Origin: Beijerinckiaceae bacterium | GTDB taxonomy: Bacteria; Pseudomonadota; Alphaproteobacteria; Rhizobiales; Beijerinckiaceae | Assembly (NCBI GenBank): GCA_947475995.1 | Contig: CANJNI010000022.1 | Coordinates: 2,018 to 66,017 of the forward strand | Direction of reading: 5' to 3' | DNA: 64,000 bases | In this document: in pieces, positions 28,998 to 39,541 of the stretch | Layout of the letters: each line of letters opens with the position of its first letter | How positions within the stretch are numbered: position 1 is the first letter of the stretch | Notes under the pieces: generated by a model | What the model was told of the DNA's origin: nothing | Seen by the model: the letters and a program-made list of their open reading frames with translations, nothing else | Databases searched by the model: none | Made by a program: the position numbers and the translations under genes

Positions 28998-29735
28998 ATG
29001 TTTGATCTCAGTGGAATGAACGCTCTCGTGACAGGCGCGACCGGCGGCCTCGGCGGCGCCATTGCGCGCGCGCTTCACCAGCAGGGCGCGGTGGTCTCGC
29101 TCTCCGGCACCCGCACCGAGGCGCTTGAAAAGCTGGCCGCCGAACTCGGCGCCCGGACTCACGTCCTGCCCTGCAACCTGTCCGACAAGGCCGCAGTCGA
29201 GGCGCTCGTCCCGGCCGCCGAGACCGCGATGGGTCAGGTCGACATTCTGGTCAACAATGCCGGCATCACCCGCGATGGCCTCTTCATGCGCATGAAGGAC
29301 GACGATTGGGAGCAGGTGCTCAACGTCAATCTCACCTCCGCCTTTCGGCTCTCCCGCGCGTGCCTGCGCGGGATGATGAAGCGCCGCTTCGGCCGCATCG
29401 TCTCCATCACTTCGGTGGTCGGCGTCACCGGCAATGGCGGGCAGGGCAATTATGCGGCCTCCAAGGCGGGCCTGATCGGCATGTCGAAATCGCTCGCCGC
29501 TGAAGTCGCCAGCCGCAACATCACCGTCAATTGCCTCGCGCCGGGTTTCATCGAGAGTCCGATGACGGACGCGCTGAACGAGAAGCAGAAGGAAGCGATT
29601 CTCACCACCATTCCGTCCGGCCGTCTGGGCGCGGGGGCCGATGTCGCGGCCGGAGTCGTTTATCTCGCCAGCCGCGAAGCCGCCTATGTCACGGGCCAGA
29701 CGCTCCACGTCAACGGCGGCATGGCCATGATCTGA
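28998..29735 (+). CDS. fabG: 3-oxoacyl-ACP reductase
   Basis: TGATGGLG, NNAGITRD, YAASK; fab synteny. Confidence 0.97.
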   Translation: MFDLSGMNALVTGATGGLGGAIARALHQQGAVVSLSGTRTEALEKLAAELGARTHVLPCNLSDKAAVEALVPAAETAMGQVDILVNNAGITRDGLFMRMKDDDWEQVLNVNLTSAFRLSRACLRGMMKRRFGRIVSITSVVGVTGNGGQGNYAASKAGLIGMSKSLAAEVASRNITVNCLAPGFIESPMTDALNEKQKEAILTTIPSGRLGAGADVAAGVVYLASREAAYVTGQTLHVNGGMAMI

Positions 29736-29897
29736 GACTATTGTGGGTGTGGAAACCCGCACCTGCAGGGCTTCGGAAGGGCTGTCGGGTTGGCCTTTGC
29801 GTCGGAAGTATGTTACCACCCGCATCAATCTGCCGGAGTTTCAGGGGGCCAATTGGCGTGCGGACCCGGCAGGAACAGAGAGGACGAGGACTATAAA

Positions 29898-30137
29898 ATG
29901 AGCGATGTCGCCGAGCGCGTTAAGAAGATTGTGGTGGACCATCTCGGCGTAGACGCCGACAAGGTCGTTGAAGGCGCGAACTTCATCGACGACCTGGGCG
30001 CCGATTCTCTCGATACCGTCGAACTCGTGATGGCTTTCGAAGAAGCATTCGGTGTGGAAATCCCCGATGACGCCGCCGAGACCATCGTGACGGTCGGCGA
30101 TGCGATCAAGTTCCTCGAAAAGGCCGCCACGGCCTGA
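29898..30137 (+). CDS. acpP: Acyl carrier protein
   Basis: [14 protein letters not shown]. Confidence 0.98.
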   Translation: MSDVAERVKKIVVDHLGVDADKVVEGANFIDDLGADSLDTVELVMAFEEAFGVEIPDDAAETIVTVGDAIKFLEKAATA

Positions 30138-30188
30138 GGTTTTTTGTTGCGCGCTGATGTGCATTCAGCGCGTCCGGCATATATTCAG

Positions 30189-30209
30189 GGGGCCGGATAT
30201 TCCGGCCCC
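30189..30209. other. Intergenic GC-rich hairpin between acpP and fabF (possible mRNA stability or attenuation element)
   Basis: ggggccgga-tat-tccggcccc. Confidence 0.5.
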
Positions 30210-30253
30210 TCGGCTTGTGAGGAGTCGGGGCGAGCCGCCACAGGAGGTGGGCG

Positions 30254-31516
30254 TTGAGGAGAGTTGTCGTTACGGGTCTCGGCATGGTGTCGCCGCTGGC
30301 GTGCGGGTACGAGACAACGTGGTCACGATTGCTCGAAAGCAGGAGCGCAGCCCGAAAGGTCGAATCATTCGACGTGTCGGATCTCGCCTGCCAGATCGCC
30401 TGTCAGGTTCCGCGCGGCGACGGGTCCGGCGGCACGTTCAATCCCGATCAGTGGCTGGAGCCCAAGGAACAGCGCAAGGTCGATGACTTCATCCTATTCG
30501 CCGTTTCCGCCGCCACGCAGGCGTTGGCCGACGCGAAATGGGCGCCGAAGACCCGCGAGGAGCAGGAATATTCCGGCGTTCTCATCGGCTCCGGCATAGG
30601 CGGCCTCAACGGCATCGCCGAGACGGCGATCCTGTTGAAGGAGCGCGGTCCGCGACGCATTTCCCCGTTTTTCATTCCCGGTCGCCTGATCAATCTGGCC
30701 TCCGGCTATGTGTCGATCCAGCACGGACTCAAGGGGCCGAATCACTCGGTCGTGACTGCCTGCTCGACAGGCGCTCACGCCATCGGCGATGCGGGCCGCA
30801 TGATCGCGCTTGGCGACGCCGAAGTCATGGTGGCGGGCGGGGCCGAATCCGCCGTGTCCCGTCTGGGCCTCGCGGGCTTTGCGGCCTGCCGGGCGCTTGC
30901 CACATCGTTCAACGACCGTCCGGAACAAGGCTCGCGCCCCTATGACAAGGATCGCGAAGGCTTCGTGATGGGCGAGGGCGCGGGCTGCGTGGTGCTGGAA
31001 TCCTACGACCACGCGAAGGCGCGCGGCGCGCATATCTATGCCGAACTGATCGGCTACGGCATGTCGGGCGACGCCTATCACATCACGGCTCCGTCCGAAG
31101 ACGGCGACGGCGCTTTCCGGTGCATGTCCATGGCGCTGAAGCGCGCGGGGATTTCGGCAGGCGACATTGATTACGTGAACGCCCACGGCACCTCGACCCC
31201 GCTCGGAGACGAGATCGAACTGAACGCCGTGCAGCGTCTTGTGGGCAATGCGGCCGCCACCATGTCGATGTCCTCGACGAAGTCGTCGATCGGCCATCTG
31301 CTGGGAGCCGCCGGGGCCGTTGAGGCGATCTTCTCGGTTCTGGCCCTCCGCGACCAGATTGCGCCCCCGACCCTGAACCTCGACAATCCTTCGGTGGAGA
31401 CCGCCATCGATCTCGTCCCGCACAAGCCCGTGCGGCGCAAGATTGACGTCGTCCTGTCCAATTCGTTCGGATTCGGCGGCACCAATGCTTCGCTGATCTT
31501 CCGCCGCGCAGCTTGA
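30254..31516 (+). CDS. fabF: Beta-ketoacyl-ACP synthase II
   Basis: TACSTG, NAHGTST, KSSIGHLLG, SNSFGFGG. Confidence 0.97.
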   Translation: MRRVVVTGLGMVSPLACGYETTWSRLLESRSAARKVESFDVSDLACQIACQVPRGDGSGGTFNPDQWLEPKEQRKVDDFILFAVSAATQALADAKWAPKTREEQEYSGVLIGSGIGGLNGIAETAILLKERGPRRISPFFIPGRLINLASGYVSIQHGLKGPNHSVVTACSTGAHAIGDAGRMIALGDAEVMVAGGAESAVSRLGLAGFAACRALATSFNDRPEQGSRPYDKDREGFVMGEGAGCVVLESYDHAKARGAHIYAELIGYGMSGDAYHITAPSEDGDGAFRCMSMALKRAGISAGDIDYVNAHGTSTPLGDEIELNAVQRLVGNAAATMSMSSTKSSIGHLLGAAGAVEAIFSVLALRDQIAPPTLNLDNPSVETAIDLVPHKPVRRKIDVVLSNSFGFGGTNASLIFRRAA

Positions 31517-31648
31517 AAAACCTGTGAAAGTTTCTGGGGATTTACGAAGTTTTCAGGCTTTTCGCCATTTCGCCACATTCAGGGCTAACCTAAACTGAGC
31601 GCGCGGATTAAGACCGCGCTTTCCCGATAACGGCGGCGGAAAGATTGA

Positions 31649-33508
31649 ATGGCGGGCACAACGGCGCCTGAACTTGAGAAGGTTGAAGCGTCGGCTGAGC
31701 GTGGCTCCGCCCGCTTTTTCAGCCGTCGACGCGCTGTGAAAAGCCCCAACGAGGCGTTGCAGCCCGAGGCCGCGCCGCCACCGCCTCCCGCCGGTCCGCC
31801 TCCCAGCAAGCGCAATCCGACGCTGTCCGCCATCAGCGGCTTTCTGTCGTTCCTTCTGGTGATCCTGCTGGCCTGCGCAGGTCTCTTTGTCACCGCCCAG
31901 CACGAAATGACCGCCCGGGGGCCGCTGCCTGCCGACAAGGTCGTCTATATCGCGCCCCGCACCGAAGTCGTGGACATCATTGATCTTCTCGAAAAAGAGA
32001 AGGTGATCGACAGTCCGCTCTTCTTCAAGTTTGCGCTGTGGTCGGAAGGCAAGTGGAGCAGCGTGCGCTTCGGCGAATATCTGTTCAAGCAGCAGGCCAG
32101 CATGCGCGAAGTCATGGAGACGCTCGTCTCCGGTCGCCAGATCCTGCATTCAGTCACCGTTCCCGAGGGCCTGACCAGCGAACAGATCATCCAGCGCCTG
32201 AACCAGTCGGAGTTTCTGGCCGGTGAGGTTCGCGAGATTCCCCGCGAGGGCGTGTTGCTGCCGGAGACCTATCGTGTTTCGCGCGGCATGTCCCGCAACG
32301 AGCTCCTGAAGAAGATGCAGGACGACCAGACCCGGCTGGTGGACCAGATCTGGAACCGTCGCGCCGCCGATCTGCCGCTCAAGTCGAAATACGAACTCAT
32401 CACGCTGGCCTCCATCGTCGAGAAGGAAACCGGCAAGGCGGATGAACGCTCCCGCATCGCCGGCGTCTTCCTCAACCGCCTGCAGAAGCGCATGCGCCTT
32501 CAGTCCGATCCGACGATCGTTTATGGCCTCGTCGGTGGCAAGGGCACGCTCGGACGCGGCATCCTGCGTAGCGAACTCGACAAGCCGACCGCCTACAACA
32601 CCTATGTAATCGAAGGCCTGCCGCCTGGACCGATCGCCAATCCGGGCCGCGCGGCGCTCGAAGCCGTCGCGAATCCGTCGCGTACCAAGGACCTGTTTTT
32701 CGTCGCCGACGGCACCGGCGGCCACACATTCGCAGAGACGCTCGAACAGCATAACCGCAACGTTGTCCGCTGGCGTCAGATCGAGAAAGAGCAGAAGGAA
32801 CGCGCCACAGCGCCTGTGCAGGACGTGGACCGAGTGCCCGCCAACGATCTGCCCGCGCCGCCCACGGGCGCGCCGCCTCCCGCCCGCAACCAGCGCGGCG
32901 AGCTCATCGAACCCGATCCGACTTTCGGCGACCTGACTCGCAAGTTTGCCGCCGGAAATCCCGAACTCGATCCTCTGGCGGCCGCGTCGCTCAACACGCT
33001 CGCCCAGCTTGAAAAAGCGCCGGTTCTGGCGCTCGCGGAGCCGCCGGATCTGATGAATTTCAGCAACCTGCGCAATCTCCCCCCTGTGAAGGCGGGCAAG
33101 GCGCCGTCCGCACTGGCGAATTTCTCCCTCGGTCCGGGCCTTGAGGAACTTGGTTTCTCTCTGGCCGGGGCTGCGCCGCGCTCGCGCGTTCTCCTTGATG
33201 GACCCATCGACATGGCGGCCGAGGAAGACAGCGAGATCGACACGACTGTCGTGCCCGTATCCGCCAACCGCCGCGCCGAACAGAAAGCGAAGGCGGTGCG
33301 CTACGGGGCGACGGCGGGCGACGATCGTCTTCCCCCCGACGAACCGCGTGCGGTTTCGGCCTATGCGTCGGTGCAGCCGGGAGCCGCGACCGGAAAACGC
33401 ATTCTGGACGCCTCGGAAGGAACGCCGCTCGACCCGCTGCGCAACCGCACATGGGACCTGAACAGCGCCAAGAGCGTACCGGCCGGGATCACGCCCGCGT
33501 TTCGCTGA
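31649..33508 (+). CDS. mltG: Endolytic transglycosylase MltG with a long C-terminal extension
   Basis: LASIVEKET, RLQSDPT, YNTY..EGLPPGPI.NPG, LFFVADGTG. Confidence 0.92.
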   Translation: MAGTTAPELEKVEASAERGSARFFSRRRAVKSPNEALQPEAAPPPPPAGPPPSKRNPTLSAISGFLSFLLVILLACAGLFVTAQHEMTARGPLPADKVVYIAPRTEVVDIIDLLEKEKVIDSPLFFKFALWSEGKWSSVRFGEYLFKQQASMREVMETLVSGRQILHSVTVPEGLTSEQIIQRLNQSEFLAGEVREIPREGVLLPETYRVSRGMSRNELLKKMQDDQTRLVDQIWNRRAADLPLKSKYELITLASIVEKETGKADERSRIAGVFLNRLQKRMRLQSDPTIVYGLVGGKGTLGRGILRSELDKPTAYNTYVIEGLPPGPIANPGRAALEAVANPSRTKDLFFVADGTGGHTFAETLEQHNRNVVRWRQIEKEQKERATAPVQDVDRVPANDLPAPPTGAPPPARNQRGELIEPDPTFGDLTRKFAAGNPELDPLAAASLNTLAQLEKAPVLALAEPPDLMNFSNLRNLPPVKAGKAPSALANFSLGPGLEELGFSLAGAAPRSRVLLDGPIDMAAEEDSEIDTTVVPVSANRRAEQKAKAVRYGATAGDDRLPPDEPRAVSAYASVQPGAATGKRILDASEGTPLDPLRNRTWDLNSAKSVPAGITPAFR

Positions 33509-33592
33509 CGGGTATTTTCCCTTCGCGGGAGAAGATCGCTATGCTGCGGTTCCGATTCCGCAGGCGACAGCCTGACTAGCCTCCCGAGCCCC

Positions 33593-34480
33593 ATGAGCCT
33601 GAAAAGCATGACCGGTTTCGCCCGCACGTCGGGCGTCGCGCCGCCCTACCGGTGGGCCTGGGAGATCAAGGCCGTCAATTCCAAGGGGCTGGACCTGCGC
33701 CTGCGCCTGCCGCCCGGCATGGACTTCCTCGAAGCCGAATGCCGCAGCCGTCTTTCCGCCAGACTTTCGCGCGGCGCCTGTTACGCCACCCTGACCATGC
33801 AGCGTGACTCGGCTCCGCCCGAAGTTCGGGTCAACCAGACCGCGATGCAGGCGCTGGCGGCCGCGCTGGCGGCCGTCCCGCGCGATCCCTCGCTGGGCCC
33901 CGCAACCCTTGACGGTCTGCTGGCGGTGCGGGGCATCGTGGATATCGTTGAAGCGCCTGAAACCGAAGAGCTTCTGGCCGCCGCCGGCAAGGCCGCGCTG
34001 TCCGGGCTCGAAGCCGCCATTGCGCAGATCGTCGAGGTCCGGTCGGCGGAAGGCGCGGCCCTCGGCAAGGTTCTGGCGACCCGCATCGACAATATCGAGC
34101 GCCTCACGCAGGCCGCCGAGGACAATCCCGGCCGCAGGCCCGAAGCGGTGCTGGCGCGCCTTCAGCAATCCATCACGACGCTGACCGAATCCGGTCGCCA
34201 GCTCGATCCTGCACGCCTGCATCAGGAAGCCCTCCTGATGGCAGCCAAGGCGGATGTGCGCGAGGAACTTGACCGGTTGAAAACCCACGTCGTCGCCGCC
34301 CGCGATCTGCTCGCCTCCGACCAGCCGGTCGGCCGCCGTCTTGATTTCCTTGCGCAGGAATTCGGCCGTGAGGCCAATACGCTTTGCTCGAAATCCAACG
34401 ACGCCGCCCTGACCGCCATCGGCATGGACCTGCGCGTCGAGATCGAGCAGTTCCGCGAGCAGGTTCAGAACATCGAGTGA
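33593..34480 (+). CDS. yicC: YicC/YloC family endoribonuclease
   Basis: SMTGFAR, EELDRL, GRRLDFLAQEFGREANT. Confidence 0.93.
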   Translation: MSLKSMTGFARTSGVAPPYRWAWEIKAVNSKGLDLRLRLPPGMDFLEAECRSRLSARLSRGACYATLTMQRDSAPPEVRVNQTAMQALAAALAAVPRDPSLGPATLDGLLAVRGIVDIVEAPETEELLAAAGKAALSGLEAAIAQIVEVRSAEGAALGKVLATRIDNIERLTQAAEDNPGRRPEAVLARLQQSITTLTESGRQLDPARLHQEALLMAAKADVREELDRLKTHVVAARDLLASDQPVGRRLDFLAQEFGREANTLCSKSNDAALTAIGMDLRVEIEQFREQVQNIE

Positions 34481-34485
34481 GCCGC

Positions 34486-35142
34486 ATGTCCCCGACCTCC
34501 CACAACGCTCCGATCCATCGGCGGGGCCTGATGCTGATCCTTTCCTCGCCCTCGGGCGCAGGCAAATCCACCCTGACGCGCGATCTCCTGCAGGATCGGA
34601 CGCTCGACCTGACCCTGTCGATCAGCGTCACCACCCGTTCGCGCCGCACCAGCGAGGTGGACGGCATCCACTATCACTTCAAGAGCCGTCAGGATTTCGA
34701 GCGCATGCGGTCGCAGGACGATCTGCTCGAATGGGCGGAAGTTCACGGCAATTTCTACGGCACCCCGCGCCCGCCCGTGGAGGCGGTCCTGTCGGAGGGG
34801 CGCGATATGCTCTTCGACATCGATTATCAGGGCACCCAGCAGGTGTTGAAGCGCGCCGCCAGGGATGTGGTGACGATCTTCATCCTGCCGCCCTCCATGA
34901 AGGAGCTTCGCGCCCGGCTGGAACGTCGCGCCGAGGACGCCCCGGACGTCATCGCCAAGCGGCTGGAAAATGCACGGCACGAGATCGCCCGCTGGACCAT
35001 GTACGATTACGTCATCGTCAACGAAGACATTCAGCGCGCCCTCGGCGAGGTGAAGTCGATCCTCATCGCCGAACGCCTGCGCCGCACGCGCGGAGAGCCC
35101 GGCATAGAGCGCTTCGTCAAAGGCCTGCTGGACGAAAAATAG
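34486..35142 (+). CDS. gmk: Guanylate kinase
   Basis: SSPSGAGKS, TTR..R..E.DG..YHF, YGTP. Confidence 0.97.
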   Translation: MSPTSHNAPIHRRGLMLILSSPSGAGKSTLTRDLLQDRTLDLTLSISVTTRSRRTSEVDGIHYHFKSRQDFERMRSQDDLLEWAEVHGNFYGTPRPPVEAVLSEGRDMLFDIDYQGTQQVLKRAARDVVTIFILPPSMKELRARLERRAEDAPDVIAKRLENARHEIARWTMYDYVIVNEDIQRALGEVKSILIAERLRRTRGEPGIERFVKGLLDEK

Positions 35143-35245
35143 GCCCGTTTGCCCGGTGACTTCCGTTTTGCCCGCTTATTGCGCCCCCCTTTGGCCGCAA
35201 AATGCGTTAGACTGCCACCATTGCTGATCGAGCGAACGCTGACAC

Positions 35246-38200
35246 TTGCGCGAAATTCTCACCATACTGGCGAGCATTCTGATCCTGATCCTGACCGCAG
35301 CGCTGGTCGGGCCGTATTTTGTTGACTGGACGCAACAGCGCGAGTGGGTCGAGGCGCAACTGACGCAGGCCGTCGGCGCCGAGGTTCGCGTCGAGGGCGC
35401 GATCGAAATCTCGCTGCTGCCCTCGCCGCGTCTCAATGTCGAAAAGGTCCGCCTTTCCGGCCAGGCGCCCGGCGCCCCGACCCTCAAGGCCGACGCCATG
35501 CGGATGGAGCTTGCCGTCTCGCCTCTGATGCGTGGCGAACTGCGCTTCACCGACATGGTGGTCAACGCACCTGACCTGCAATTGACGGTCGCGCCTGACG
35601 GGGCGCTCATCCTGCCGGAATTCGGTTCGGACTCCCCGGAGCGGTTTGCGCTGGATCGGCTGACCCTGACCAACGGGGTGATCCGCATCGACGATCGTCC
35701 GCGCAAGCGCATGGTGACGATCCCCAACATCGAACTGGACGGAGAGGCCGCCAGCCTGATCGGTCCCTTCAAGGGCTCCGGCAAGCTCGGCGACCCGGCG
35801 GCCCCGACAGTCTTCCGGTTCAACACCGGAACGCGCGAGGCGGAACGTTGGCGCGTCAAGCTCATCGTCGATGAAGGCGCGCGGCGCCCCCGCACGGACT
35901 TCGACGGGGCCATCCTGTTCGGCAGCCCGCAATTGTCGCTGGCCGGGCCGATCATCCTGTCATCCACCATCCGGGGCGTGCCGTGGCGCGCGACCGGAGC
36001 GCTGACCGCCGACGCCGCAGGCGCGGAGATCCAGTCGCTCGAACTGCGCGCCGGCGCCGAGGATCGGGCGCTCAGCGCGTCGGGCGTGGCGCGGGTCGAA
36101 TATGCTGCCGAGCCGCGCGTCGCTCTCGATCTCAAGGCCCGGCAGGTTGATCTCGACCGCCTGTTCGGCGAAGCCGGAGGCGACGCCCCGCGCCTGTTCG
36201 GCGACGCAATGACGTCGCTGATCGACAGCTCGAATTTTGGCCTGATGGCGCCATTCAACCTGACGCTGTCTTCTCCCGCGCTGACATTGGGCGGAGATAC
36301 GCTGAGCGAGGTGGTCGGCAGGCTCGACTGGCGCGACGGCAAATCCGTCGGGGTCGCGTTCGAGTCCAATGCTCCGGGTAGGTCACACATTTCGCTCGAC
36401 GGATCGGTTGAAACCGGAGTTGCGGCCAAATTCGCCGGAAAGGTCGATGCGGCTTTCCGCGACATGCCGCGCTTTCAGGACTGGCTTTCATCCATCAATG
36501 CCGATCTGGCCAATCGCCTGCGCGCCCTGCCGCTCCGGTCTTTCGAGATCAACGGCGACCTTGATGTGTCGCGCGCGGGTTTTTCGGGCCGCAACCTCAC
36601 CATCAAGGCGGATCGTTCAACCTATTCGGGGGCGCTCGCCTATACGTCAGCCGTCGGCAGCGAGCGGGCGCGGCTCTTCGCCGACCTGACTTCGCCTGCG
36701 CTCGACCTCGACGGCGTCCCGGAACTGGCCGGACCGGCGGCTGCGGCCAGCGATCTCGATCTCGTCCTGTCGCTGGAGGCGCGCGCCGTGCGACTGGCGC
36801 GCTTCGGCGAAGGCATGGTGGATGCAGGCCGGATCAGCGGACGCATCACCAAGACCGGCCCCGATTTCGTGCTGGAGAATTTCGCCATCGCCAATCTGGG
36901 CGGCGCGCAGTTTTCCGCCACCGGCGCGCTGGGGCCTGCGGGCGCGAAACTCGACGCGCGGCTCGACGCGACGCGCCTTGTCGACCTCGCCGATCTGGTG
37001 AAACGCATTGCGCCGGGCCGCGCCGCCGACATGCTGGCGGCGCGCGCCGTCGCCCTTTCGCCTGCCCGCTTCAACCTGAAGCTGGAAGCGCCGGGAAATT
37101 CGGCGAAACTCGGCAACTTCACTTTCGATGCGACCGCGCGCGGCACCGCCATCAAGGGGTCCGCGCGCCCGGACCCTGCGAAGCCCGGCGCCATTTTGAC
37201 GTCGGCGACGCTAGAAGCGCCGGAAGCTGCATCGCTGTTGCGCCAGCTCGGGATCGACACGATCGCGCTTTCGGGAGCCGGCCGGGGGCGTCTGGCGTTC
37301 AACGCGAGTGGCGATCCGACAGATGGTCTCGACACGAAGATCGAGGCCAGCTTTGCCGGCCTCGACGTCGCCTATGCGGGCCGCCTCAAGCCACTGGCCG
37401 GGGTAGTCGACACGGCAGGCGACCTGAAGCTTTCGAGCCGCAATGCGGTGCCGCTGCTCCAGGTGCTCGGCGTCGCGGCGCCCGATCCGTCTGCGCCCGG
37501 CTTGCCCGCCGACCTGACGAGCGCCTTTTCGTGGAAGAACGACGAAGTCCGTTTCGAGCGGCTCCTCGGGAAGGCTGGAGCCTCGCAGGTGGTCGGCGCG
37601 CTTGACCTTGCGCCCCGGAAGTCCGGGGAGGGCGCTGCCCGGCTCGCGGTGGGCGGTGTGCTGCAACTGGATCGGCTCCCGTTTTCGTCGCTCGCGGCCT
37701 TGGCCTTCGGCCCGTCCGCCGCGCCGCGCGCCAACCAGCTCTGGTCGGACCAGCGGTTCGGGCTCGGCCTCGCCAACCCGCCCGAAGTGGCGATCAATCT
37801 GGCGGTCGGGCGGCTGGACCTGTTCGAACCGCTTGCGGGTACGCAGCTCAGCGCGAAGCTGGCGATTGCGCCCGGCGTCCTCACCCTTTCGGACCTTTCG
37901 CTCGGCGTCGGTGGCGGCAAGTCCAGCGGCCGCCTGACCTTGCGGCGTGACGGCGCAGTCGCGGCCATGTCCGGGCAGATGAAGTTCGAAGACGTGTCCA
38001 TCGAGCGATCCTTCGCGACGGCGACGCTGGACGGCGCAATAGACTTCACCGCCACCGGCCAGACGCCCGCTGCTCTTGTGGCGAGCCTTGCCGGAACCGG
38101 AGCGGTGACCTTGAGCGACTTCCGCATTCCAGGGCTTGATCCGGGAGCGGTGGATCGCGTGGTCGCCATGGTCGAGAAGGAGCAGGTTCCGGCTGCCGAG

Positions 38201-38995
38201 CCCAACATCCGCAGCAATCTCGGTCTCGAACTCGACAAGGCGGCGCTCTCGCCGGGCGCGCGCAGCTTCGAAGCCTCCATGGCGGCCGGCGTATTGCGGC
38301 TCGCGACAAAAACAGGCGATCCGCTTGAGACGTCGCTGTCGGTCGATCTGCGCAATCTCACGGTCGAGCAGCGCGTCACGCTCGTCGGCAAGCAGGTTCC
38401 GAAGGACTGGAACGATCCGATGCCGCAGGCCTCGATCCTCTGGCGCGGACCGCTCGCCAATCCGTCGCGGACTGTCGACGTCTCCAACATGGCGACCATT
38501 CTGGCGGCCCGCGCCATTGCGCGCGAAACCGTGCGGGTGCAGGCGCTGGAGGCGGACATTCGCGAACGCGCTTACTTCAATCGCCGTCTGAAGGGATTGC
38601 AGTTCATCCGCCAGCGCGAGGCGGAGATTGCGGCATACGAAGCCGAGCAGGCGCGTCTTGCGGCGGAAGCCGAACGCAAGCGCATCGAGGAAGAAAAGCG
38701 GCTGGCGGCCGAGGCCGAGAAGCGCCGCATCGAGGACGAAAAGCGTCGCGTTGAGGAAGAGCGCCGCGCCGCCATCGAGGCCGCACGGATCGAACGCGAG
38801 CAGAAGGCGCGGGAAGCGGCCGAAGCGGCGCGTCAGGCTGCGGATGCCGCGCGTCTGGAGCGCGAACGTCGCTTGCAGGAACTCCTGCAACAGCGCGCCG
38901 CGCAGCCCGCGCCCGCTCCGGCGCGCCCGATCACCCCGCCGCCCTCCATGCTCGTCCCGGGAGAAATCGATCCCGCCGCCGCCGGTCGTTACTGA
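35246..38995 (+). CDS. AsmA-like family protein with a C-terminal charged helix and Pro-rich tail
   Basis: N-terminal TM anchor (ALVGPYFVDW), AsmA-type N-terminus, long beta-rich body. Confidence 0.8.
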   Translation: MREILTILASILILILTAALVGPYFVDWTQQREWVEAQLTQAVGAEVRVEGAIEISLLPSPRLNVEKVRLSGQAPGAPTLKADAMRMELAVSPLMRGELRFTDMVVNAPDLQLTVAPDGALILPEFGSDSPERFALDRLTLTNGVIRIDDRPRKRMVTIPNIELDGEAASLIGPFKGSGKLGDPAAPTVFRFNTGTREAERWRVKLIVDEGARRPRTDFDGAILFGSPQLSLAGPIILSSTIRGVPWRATGALTADAAGAEIQSLELRAGAEDRALSASGVARVEYAAEPRVALDLKARQVDLDRLFGEAGGDAPRLFGDAMTSLIDSSNFGLMAPFNLTLSSPALTLGGDTLSEVVGRLDWRDGKSVGVAFESNAPGRSHISLDGSVETGVAAKFAGKVDAAFRDMPRFQDWLSSINADLANRLRALPLRSFEINGDLDVSRAGFSGRNLTIKADRSTYSGALAYTSAVGSERARLFADLTSPALDLDGVPELAGPAAAASDLDLVLSLEARAVRLARFGEGMVDAGRISGRITKTGPDFVLENFAIANLGGAQFSATGALGPAGAKLDARLDATRLVDLADLVKRIAPGRAADMLAARAVALSPARFNLKLEAPGNSAKLGNFTFDATARGTAIKGSARPDPAKPGAILTSATLEAPEAASLLRQLGIDTIALSGAGRGRLAFNASGDPTDGLDTKIEASFAGLDVAYAGRLKPLAGVVDTAGDLKLSSRNAVPLLQVLGVAAPDPSAPGLPADLTSAFSWKNDEVRFERLLGKAGASQVVGALDLAPRKSGEGAARLAVGGVLQLDRLPFSSLAALAFGPSAAPRANQLWSDQRFGLGLANPPEVAINLAVGRLDLFEPLAGTQLSAKLAIAPGVLTLSDLSLGVGGGKSSGRLTLRRDGAVAAMSGQMKFEDVSIERSFATATLDGAIDFTATGQTPAALVASLAGTGAVTLSDFRIPGLDPGAVDRVVAMVEKEQVPAAEPNIRSNLGLELDKAALSPGARSFEASMAAGVLRLATKTGDPLETSLSVDLRNLTVEQRVTLVGKQVPKDWNDPMPQASILWRGPLANPSRTVDVSNMATILAARAIARETVRVQALEADIRERAYFNRRLKGLQFIRQREAEIAAYEAEQARLAAEAERKRIEEEKRLAAEAEKRRIEDEKRRVEEERRAAIEAARIEREQKAREAAEAARQAADAARLERERRLQELLQQRAAQPAPAPARPITPPPSMLVPGEIDPAAAGRY

Positions 38996-39228
38996 GCCGC
39001 GCTGTTTTCCATCACGAAGACCCTGATCGCGGAGGACAGGTTCGCCTCGCCGCGCGCGGAATCAATGTCCAGAACCAGCGCGGCCACCGATTGACCACGC
39101 GCCGCAGCGATCTCTTTCAGGGCGTCCCAGAAAACATCTTCGAGCGAGATGGATGTGCGGTGCCCGGCGACCACCAGCGAATGCTTGGCGATGCGGATGG
39201 GCCGGGCAAAACGGACAGGTTCAGGCAT
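38989..39228 (-). CDS. Ribbon-helix-helix domain protein
   Basis: KHSL.VAGH.TSISLE..FW..L, NLSSAIRVFV. Confidence 0.85.
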   Translation of the reverse strand: MPEPVRFARPIRIAKHSLVVAGHRTSISLEDVFWDALKEIAAARGQSVAALVLDIDSARGEANLSSAIRVFVMENSAAQ

Positions 39229-39412
39229 CTTTGTCGGCGGGTTCGCGCCGGTGGGCGTCGATGCGCTTTTCTTCGAGCGCGCTGCACGCCTCGGTAAGGT
39301 TTCGCTCGGTCTTCGTGCGGCCGAATGAGATCCGGTTCTGTGCGGCTTTCGCCTCGGCCTCGCTGCGAGCTTTCGCCTTTCTGGCCTGCCGAAGGTTGAT
39401 GATGTCCGCCAT
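39221..39412 (-). CDS. DUF4169 family protein
   Basis: IINLRQARK...A.QNR..FGRTK.E. Confidence 0.85.
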   Translation of the reverse strand: MADIINLRQARKAKARSEAEAKAAQNRISFGRTKTERNLTEACSALEEKRIDAHRREPADKDA

Positions 39413-39541
39413 GAGCCTCGTCCGTTGCTGGCGCTTTAGCAGAGCCCGTGCGCGCCCGAAATGCAACAGGGCGGAGCGTTTGCCATTAATTTGCTATTTT
39501 CCATAAGGATAGAGCGACATTCCGTGAGCGAGGTTCGAGTC

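Noticed and set aside
38989-39412. RHH plus DUF4169 as a toxin-antitoxin pair
   Set aside because: No toxin-family motif; as recalled, this pair is a common alphaproteobacterial backbone feature
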